DNA from: Gemmatimonadota bacterium
Lineage (GTDB): Bacteria > Gemmatimonadota > Gemmatimonadetes > Gemmatimonadales > GWC2-71-9
Direction: 5' to 3'
Assembly (NCBI GenBank): GCA_003220795.1
Contig: QHTK01000050.1
Coordinates: 670 to 64,669 of the forward strand
DNA length: 64,000 bases
The notes beneath the pieces are model-generated. The model worked only from the letters and a program-made list of their open reading frames with translations. It ran no database searches and was not told the origin of the DNA. Position 1 is the first letter of the stretch; each line of letters begins with the position of its first letter. The position numbers were made by a program, and so were the translations under genes. Shown piece by piece: positions 56,513 through 64,000 of this stretch.

Positions 56513-58023
56513 CCGCCGATGCTCTCCCGGCGGGCGGCGAGGAGCCAGGGAGACGGGCCATCGGGCGCTGGGGCGGCCGGCGGTGGGGTCGCCTCCGCGC
56601 GCTGTTGTTCCGCGAGCAGCGCCGCGGCGATCGCGAGCGGCTGGGCCAGCTCGGGGGCCAGGTCCGCCGCGAGCAGGCGCTGGCCGACGCGCTCGAAATA
56701 GGTGACGTCGACGTCGCCGCGCTGGAACTCGGGGTCCGCCATCACGCGCAGGTGGAACGACTGCGACGACGGGAGGCCCACGATGACGAGCTCACGCAGC
56801 GCCCGGCGCATGCGCTGCAGCGCGGTGGCCCGGGTGTCCCCCCACACGATGAGCTTGGCGAGGAGCGGGTCGTAAAACAGCGTCACCTCGTTGCCCGCTT
56901 CCACCCCGGCGTCCCACCGGACGCCGGGGCCGGAGGGGGGCTGCAGGTGGCGGATGACGCCGGTGGCCGGCAGGAAGTCGTTGAACGGATCTTCCGCGGT
57001 GATGCGACACTCGATGGCGTGGCCGCGCGGTTGCAGCGCGCCGGAGTGCACCCGCAGGGGCTGGCCCTGGGCGACGCGCAGCTGCTCGCGTACGATGTCC
57101 ACGCCGTACACCAGCTCGGTGACGGGGTGCTCGACCTGGAGTCGCGTGTTCATCTCGAGGAAGTAGAACTCTCCGGTCGGGGCGAGCAGGAACTCGATGG
57201 TGCCGGCGCCGAGGTAGCCCACCGAGCCGGCGGCGGCGGTCGCCGCCTCGCTCAGGCGCCGCCGCAGCGCCGGAGTGACCGCCACGGACGGCGCCTCCTC
57301 GATCAGCTTCTGATGACGGCGCTGGATGCTGCACTCGCGCTCGCCCAGCGCGACGACCCGGCCGTAGGTGTCGGCGAGCACCTGCACCTCGATGTGGCGG
57401 GGGCGCTCGAGGTATTTCTCGACGTACAGCTCCCCCGCCCCGAACGCCTTCAGCGCCTCGCTCTGCGCCGTCTCGAAGGCGGACTCGAGCTCCCCCTCCT
57501 CGCGGATCAGCCGCATCCCTTTGCCGCCGCCGCCGGCGATGGCCTTGAGGAGCACCGGAAGCCCTAGCCGCGCTGCTTCGCTCTTCGCCTGAACATGGTC
57601 GGCCACCGGCCGCGTCGTGCCCGGCACGATCGGCACGCCGGCGGCCTGCATGCGGCGGCGCGCTTCGGTCTTGTCGCCCATCGCGCGGATGGCGGTAGCG
57701 GGCGGACCGATGAAGGTCAGTCCCGCCAGCGCGACGGCTTCGGCGAACGGAGCGCGCTCGGAGAGGAAGCCGTACCCCGGGTGGACGGCCTGGCAGTCTG
57801 TGGCGCGCGCCGCCTCTAGGAGCTTGGCGACGTCGAGATACGATTCGGCGGCCGGCGGGGCACCGATCGGGACGGCGCGGTGGGCGGCCCGCACGTGGGG
57901 CGAGAGCCGGTCGGCGTCCGAGTACACGGCCACCGACTCGAGCCCTTCCTCATGGCAGGCCCGGATGATGCGCAGCGCGATTTCACCGCGGTTCGCGACC
58001 AGGACGCGCGTGAATGAAGCCAT
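56509..58023 (-). CDS. biotin carboxylase subunit of an acyl-CoA carboxylase
   Basis: VLVANRGEIALRIIRAC, GGGGKGMR, and the EMNTRLQVEHPVTE ATP-grasp/biotin carboxylase signature. Confidence 0.9.
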   Translation of the reverse strand: MASFTRVLVANRGEIALRIIRACHEEGLESVAVYSDADRLSPHVRAAHRAVPIGAPPAAESYLDVAKLLEAARATDCQAVHPGYGFLSERAPFAEAVALAGLTFIGPPATAIRAMGDKTEARRRMQAAGVPIVPGTTRPVADHVQAKSEAARLGLPVLLKAIAGGGGKGMRLIREEGELESAFETAQSEALKAFGAGELYVEKYLERPRHIEVQVLADTYGRVVALGERECSIQRRHQKLIEEAPSVAVTPALRRRLSEAATAAAGSVGYLGAGTIEFLLAPTGEFYFLEMNTRLQVEHPVTELVYGVDIVREQLRVAQGQPLRVHSGALQPRGHAIECRITAEDPFNDFLPATGVIRHLQPPSGPGVRWDAGVEAGNEVTLFYDPLLAKLIVWGDTRATALQRMRRALRELVIVGLPSSQSFHLRVMADPEFQRGDVDVTYFERVGQRLLAADLAPELAQPLAIAAALLAEQQRAEATPPPAAPAPDGPSPWLLAARRESIGG

Positions 58024-58045
58024 CAGACGTCAGACATCGGACGTC

Positions 58046-59017
58046 TCAACGTCGGCAGCTCGGGATCTCATTCGTCAACCGGAACGTCTTCAGCGCCTCG
58101 CACAGCGCCGGTGTGGCGCGGGCGGCGCGGGCGTACAGCGCCAGGGCGGGTTGGGCCCACGCGTCGTTGTCGTCGAGCGCGAGGCGCAGCGCGGCGAACA
58201 CGAAGTCGCGCGGCGGCACGCGGTCGTCCTTCAAGTGCGGGCCCGCCACCCAGAGCAGCGGCCGCGTGGACCAGCCGATGCGCGGCCCGGGCGGCCGGTC
58301 GAACGCCACGGTCACGCAGACCGGGCGCCGCTTCGCCAGCTCGGCGAGCGTCGCGTCCGGGTCGCGATGGCGGCCGAGCTTCAGGTCGGCGGCGATGCGC
58401 CCCCGCAGCACGGAGTCCGACCGCCACGCCGCGAGCGGCACGGTCAGCAAGTCGGGGCGCAGCCCGCGCGCGAAGCGCATGTACCATGCGGCGTAGGAAT
58501 CGGCCTCGTTCGCAGTGAGCAGCACTCCCCACATCGGGCAGGCGCGCAGCAGGTTCTCGCCCAGCTCGTCGAGCACCGGCGGCATCTTCAGGTCCAGGGG
58601 GACCGGGCCCCACTCCTGCGGGCCGACGTTGATGCCCCGCTGCTCCCACGCGAGGTGAGAGCGCGCGCTCCACGCGGCCACGCGCAGCACGCGGGCGCTG
58701 TCCCCGTCGGGGGTCGAGCCGGACGGCGCAAGCAGCCGGCCGGCGCGGTCGAGCGCGTCGTCGGCGCTATCGAGCAGGGCGCGAACTGCGGCGCTGTCCC
58801 CGAGGGCGCGGTGCGGCGGGTCGTGCGCGTCGGCGACCCGCTCCAGGTACAGCCGGCCCAGCAGCAGCCATGCGCGGCCGTCGGTCGAGTCGCGGGCCAG
58901 ATGCTCGCGCAGGGCCGGGAGCGAATCCGCCGCCGTGCCGTTCACCGGCGCCTGCGCCGCCGCCGGCGCCTGGAGCAGCGCCGCGAGCGCCAGCGTGTTA
59001 GAGAGGAAGGTTGCCAT
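58046..59017 (-). CDS. hypothetical secreted protein
   Basis: Signal peptide [23 protein letters not shown]. 323 aa with no motif I recognise. Its start overlaps the carboxyltransferase stop by 20 nt. Confidence 0.45.
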   Translation of the reverse strand: MATFLSNTLALAALLQAPAAAQAPVNGTAADSLPALREHLARDSTDGRAWLLLGRLYLERVADAHDPPHRALGDSAAVRALLDSADDALDRAGRLLAPSGSTPDGDSARVLRVAAWSARSHLAWEQRGINVGPQEWGPVPLDLKMPPVLDELGENLLRACPMWGVLLTANEADSYAAWYMRFARGLRPDLLTVPLAAWRSDSVLRGRIAADLKLGRHRDPDATLAELAKRRPVCVTVAFDRPPGPRIGWSTRPLLWVAGPHLKDDRVPPRDFVFAALRLALDDNDAWAQPALALYARAARATPALCEALKTFRLTNEIPSCRR

Positions 59018-60524
59018 GCTTCTTGGGCGGATTCTTGTCGCGCTTGGTCTCGAGGGTCGCGAGCGCGTCGATCAGTCGCGGCCGCGTGTCGCGCGGGTCG
59101 ATGATGTCGTCCAGGTAGCCCCGCGCCGCCGCCAGGTAGGGATGCGCGAACTTCTCCCGATACTCGGTCTCGCGCTCGTCGGTGGCCTCTTCCCCCTTGT
59201 ACAGGATCTCGACGGCGCCCTTCGGCCCCATCACCGCGATCTCCGCGCTCGGCCAGGCGACGTTGTAGTCGCCGCGGATGTGTTTGGAATTCATCACGTC
59301 GTAGGCACCGCCGTACGCCTTGCGCGTGATCACCGTCAGCTTGGGCACGGTCGCCTCGCAGTAGGCGTACAGCAGCTTGGCACCGTGCTTGATGATGCCG
59401 CCGTGCTCCTGCGCCACGCCGGGGAGGAACCCGGGGACGTCCTCGAACGTGACCAGCGGGATGTTGAACGCGTCGCAAAAGCGGATGAAGCGCGCCCCCT
59501 TGAGCGACGCCGCGATGTCGAGCACGCCTGCCAGTACGGCGGGCTGGTTGGCGACGATGCCGACCGGGCCGCCGCCCAGCCGGGCGAACCCGACGAGCAG
59601 ATTGCCGCCGTAGTCGCGGTGCACCTCGAAGAAGTCGCCGTCGTCCACGACCCGACGGATCACGTCGTGCATGTCGTACGGCTTGGTGGCGTTGTCCGGG
59701 ACCACCTCCAGCAGCTCCTCGTCGCGGCGATCGGGCGGATCGGCGGCGCGCCGGCGCGGGGGGCCGTCGAGATTGTTGGAGGGGAGAAACGAGAGCAGGG
59801 TGCGGATCGCCGCCAGGCTGTCGCGCTCGGAATCGTGCACGAAGTGCGCGACCCCGGAGGTCGCGCCGTGCACGTCGGCCCCGCCGAGGCTCTCGAAGTC
59901 GACTTCCTCGTGCGTCACCGTCTTCACCACATTGGGACCGGTGACGAACATGTACGAGACGCCCCGCACCATGAACACGAAGTCGGTGATCGCGGGGCTG
60001 TAGACCGCCCCGCCCGCGCACGGGCCCAGGATCGCGCTGATCTGGGGCACCACGCCCGACGCGAGCGTATTGCGCAGGAAGATGTCGGCGTAGCCGCCGA
60101 GCGACACCACGCCCTCCTGGATGCGCGCGCCACCCGAGTCGCTGAGCCCGATGATAGGCGCGCCGTTCTGCAGGGCGGAGTCCATCACCTTGCAGATCTT
60201 CTCGGCGTGCGCTTCCGACAGCGAGCCGCCGAACACCGTGAAGTCCTGCGCGAACACGTACACCAGCCGTCCCTCGATCCGCCCGTATCCCGTCACCACG
60301 CCGTCGCCCAGGTACTTCTCGTCGGCGAGCCCGAAGTCCACCGAGCGGTGCGTGACGAAGCGATCGAGCTCGACGAACGTGCCCGGGTCGAGCAGCGCGT
60401 CGAGCCGCTCGCGCGCCGTCAGCTTTCCCTTCTCGTGCTGGACCTTGATGCGCTCTTCGCCGCCGCCGAGCAACGCCTCGGCGCGCTTCTGCTGGAGCAG
60501 ATCGAGCTTCTCACGCGTGGTCAT
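58998..60524 (-). CDS. acyl-CoA carboxylase carboxyltransferase subunit (propionyl-CoA carboxylase beta / methylmalonyl-CoA carboxyltransferase family)
   Basis: [29 protein letters not shown] and GGAYDVM blocks; 508 aa. Confidence 0.9.
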   Translation of the reverse strand: MTTREKLDLLQQKRAEALLGGGEERIKVQHEKGKLTARERLDALLDPGTFVELDRFVTHRSVDFGLADEKYLGDGVVTGYGRIEGRLVYVFAQDFTVFGGSLSEAHAEKICKVMDSALQNGAPIIGLSDSGGARIQEGVVSLGGYADIFLRNTLASGVVPQISAILGPCAGGAVYSPAITDFVFMVRGVSYMFVTGPNVVKTVTHEEVDFESLGGADVHGATSGVAHFVHDSERDSLAAIRTLLSFLPSNNLDGPPRRRAADPPDRRDEELLEVVPDNATKPYDMHDVIRRVVDDGDFFEVHRDYGGNLLVGFARLGGGPVGIVANQPAVLAGVLDIAASLKGARFIRFCDAFNIPLVTFEDVPGFLPGVAQEHGGIIKHGAKLLYAYCEATVPKLTVITRKAYGGAYDVMNSKHIRGDYNVAWPSAEIAVMGPKGAVEILYKGEEATDERETEYREKFAHPYLAAARGYLDDIIDPRDTRPRLIDALATLETKRDKNPPKKHGNLPL

Positions 60525-60562
60525 GAGGAAAATCTAGGTAGCTGGGAACAGGACGGCTACAA

Positions 60563-60590
60563 CTAGACGCGCAGACGCGCGTCTACGCGT

Positions 60591-60594
<4 letters not shown>
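60563..60594. repeat. nested perfect palindrome overlapping the rpsA stop codon
   Basis: ctagacgcg-c-agacgcgcgtct-a-cgcgtctag. The outer arms are 9 bp and the inner 12-nt core is self-complementary. No U-tract follows on the minus strand. Confidence 0.6.
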
Positions 60595-62306
<1,712 letters not shown>

Positions 62307-62371
62307 CGGTTCGGTTCTCGGGTTTGGACCAGCCCCTGGGCGCGAACCCCGGGGAGCGGAAACCGCGAAAG

Positions 62372-63103
62372 CTAGTGAGGGAGGCGCTGGCGCGCCAGCG
62401 CCACGACCCGGGCGACCTGCTCGTCCATCGAGAGCTGGGTGGTGTCGAGCAAGACCGCGTCGGCCGCGGACCTGAGCGGGGCGACCCGGCGCGTCGAATC
62501 GGCGCGGTCGCGCGCCCCGAGCGCGTCGCTCTCGCGCTTGAGCTCGGCGGGATCGATGCGGTCGCCGCGCTGGGCCAGGCGGCGGCGGGCCCGCTCGTCC
62601 GGCGTCGCCGTGAGAAACACCTTGAGGGGGGCGTCAGGGAACACCACCGTCCCGATGTCCCGCCCGTCCACCACGACGCCCTGGGGATGCGTCCCCACGG
62701 CCTCGCGCTGCTGCACGTTCACCCAGTGGCGCACTTCGGGGATGGCGGCGATCTCCGACACGCGCGCGGTCACCCGCGGCGAGCGGATGGCGTCTTCCAC
62801 GCCCACCCCCGCCACCTCGGGCCGGAACACCTGGCCCACGAGCACCAGTCGCACCGGGAGGTCCTCCGCGAGCGCCACGAGTTGCTGCGCACCCCACGCC
62901 GGGCGGTGGCTGCCGCTCCCTTCCCCGGCCGTTTCCCCTTCCCCGGCCGTCTCCCCGAGATTGTCGAGCGCCGCCAGCGTGATCGCCCGATACAACGCGC
63001 CCGAGTCGAGATGCGCCCACCCGAGGCGCCGCGCCACCGCCGCCGCGGTGGAAGACTTTCCCGACGCAGCCGGACCATCGATGGCGATGACGCGAATGCT
63101 CAC
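62372..63103 (-). CDS. cmk: cytidylate kinase
   Basis: IAIDGPAASGKSS P-loop, YRA.T and VVDGRDIGTVVFP. It carries an internal GEGETAGEGETAGEG-like insertion. Confidence 0.9.
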   Translation of the reverse strand: MSIRVIAIDGPAASGKSSTAAAVARRLGWAHLDSGALYRAITLAALDNLGETAGEGETAGEGSGSHRPAWGAQQLVALAEDLPVRLVLVGQVFRPEVAGVGVEDAIRSPRVTARVSEIAAIPEVRHWVNVQQREAVGTHPQGVVVDGRDIGTVVFPDAPLKVFLTATPDERARRRLAQRGDRIDPAELKRESDALGARDRADSTRRVAPLRSAADAVLLDTTQLSMDEQVARVVALARQRLPH

Positions 63104-64000
63104 GTTTCGCGAATGCTCCGCAGGTCCGCGAAGAACCGCGGATAGCTGATGGAGACGGAGGCTCGTTCAGAGAGCCGGATATCGGCCCCCGGGACCGTGC
63201 CGAGCACGGCGAACGCCATCGCGAGGCGGTGGTCGCGCGCCGTCTCGACCCGCCCGCGTGGTGGCCGGGTCGTCCCCTGCACGTGCAAGTCATTGCCGAG
63301 TGCTGTGGCGTCGACACCCAGCGCGCGCAGGTTGGCGGCGATCAATTCGAGCCGGTTGCTCTCCTTCACGCGCAGCTCGCCCACTTCGCGGAACACCGTC
63401 TCCCCGGCGGCACGGCTCGCCAGGGCGGCGAGAATCGGCACTTCATCGACCAGGGTGGGCACTTCGGCCGCCGCGACCTCGGTGCCACGCAGCGCGGCGG
63501 CGGGGGGGCGCACGATCAGGTCGGCGACGGGCTCGCCCCCCTCGTCCCGCAGATTGACGCGCTCCACGTGTGCGCCCATCCGCTCGAGCACGACCAGGAA
63601 CCCCGTCCGCGTCGGATTCACGCCGACGTTTTCCACCAGGAGCTCACCGCCTTCGGCCAGCACGGCGGCCGCGACGAGAAACGCGGCCGACGACGCGTCC
63701 CCGGGGACCGACAGGTGAAACGACGGAACGCTTTTGGCCGACGGGTGAAGGCTGATAGCGCCGTGGTCGTAGCGCAGGTCCAGCCCCAGATGCAGCAGCA
63801 GCCGCTCCGTATGATCGCGCGACAGGTACGGCTCGCGCACGTTCACCGTCACCTTGCCGGTGAGCCCGGCCAGGAGCAGGGCGCTCTTCACCTGCGCGCT
63901 GGCGACGGGCGTCGTGTAGCTGAGCGCGTGCAACCGCCCCCCGTGGATCGTGAGCGGCAGCGCGTCGCCGTGCGCGTCATCGATGCGGGCACCCATGGCG
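63100..64000 (-). CDS. aroA: 3-phosphoshikimate 1-carboxyvinyltransferase (EPSP synthase); 5' end beyond window
   Basis: SAQVKSALLLAGL, LRVKESNRL and DHRLAMAFAVLG blocks. The frame stays open to the window edge, and its stop overlaps the cmk start (ATGA). Confidence 0.9.
   Translation of the reverse strand, partial: AMGARIDDAHGDALPLTIHGGRLHALSYTTPVASAQVKSALLLAGLTGKVTVNVREPYLSRDHTERLLLHLGLDLRYDHGAISLHPSAKSVPSFHLSVPGDASSAAFLVAAAVLAEGGELLVENVGVNPTRTGFLVVLERMGAHVERVNLRDEGGEPVADLIVRPPAAALRGTEVAAAEVPTLVDEVPILAALASRAAGETVFREVGELRVKESNRLELIAANLRALGVDATALGNDLHVQGTTRPPRGRVETARDHRLAMAFAVLGTVPGADIRLSERASVSISYPRFFADLRSIRET

Overview
This is a 64-kb window from a very GC-rich bacterial chromosome. A 60-nt housekeeping sample I counted was 73% G+C. 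The organism looks like a soil Gemmatimonadota- or Acidobacteriota-type bacterium, but that is only a weak inference from gene content. I support about 54 protein genes. I saw no rRNA, tRNA, CRISPR array, transposase or integrase. Many long ORFs in the track are antisense or frame-shadow artefacts of high GC, and several real genes are fused to spurious N-terminal extensions. I re-set starts where a stop/start overlap or a signal peptide made the real start clear. The window has three zones. (1) 1-21 kb holds mixed metabolic, secreted and membrane genes: acetoacetyl-CoA synthetase, M1 and M20 peptidases, a MATE pump, PEP carboxylase, cyclophilin, Tat-signal TIM-barrel and GHL6-like proteins, and a DUF2157/GDYXXLXY pair. 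(2) 21.1-35.2 kb is the standout: one minus-strand operon of eight genes that overlap or nearly abut, visibly lower in GC than the flanks. It encodes an Sfp-type PPTase, a DH-FkbH(+inserted FkbM methyltransferase)-ACP protein, a zmaG-H-I-J-like cassette whose A domain reads the L-Ser code DVWHFSLVDK, a single KS-AT-KR-ACP module, and a docking-domain thioesterase with Cys in place of the nucleophilic Ser. An AP2-like gene and a DCC(CxxC)-membrane fusion gene sit just upstream. I cannot match this architecture from memory to a characterised cluster, and the product is unknown. (3) 37.3-64 kb is ordinary core genome: citrate synthase, dut, pfk, ald, pnp-rpsO, rseP-dxr-cdsA-uppS-frr-pyrH-tsf-rpsB, rpsI-rplM, acyl-CoA carboxylase genes, and rpsA-cmk-aroA. 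All function calls rest on motifs read by eye from the translations. No database search was run.
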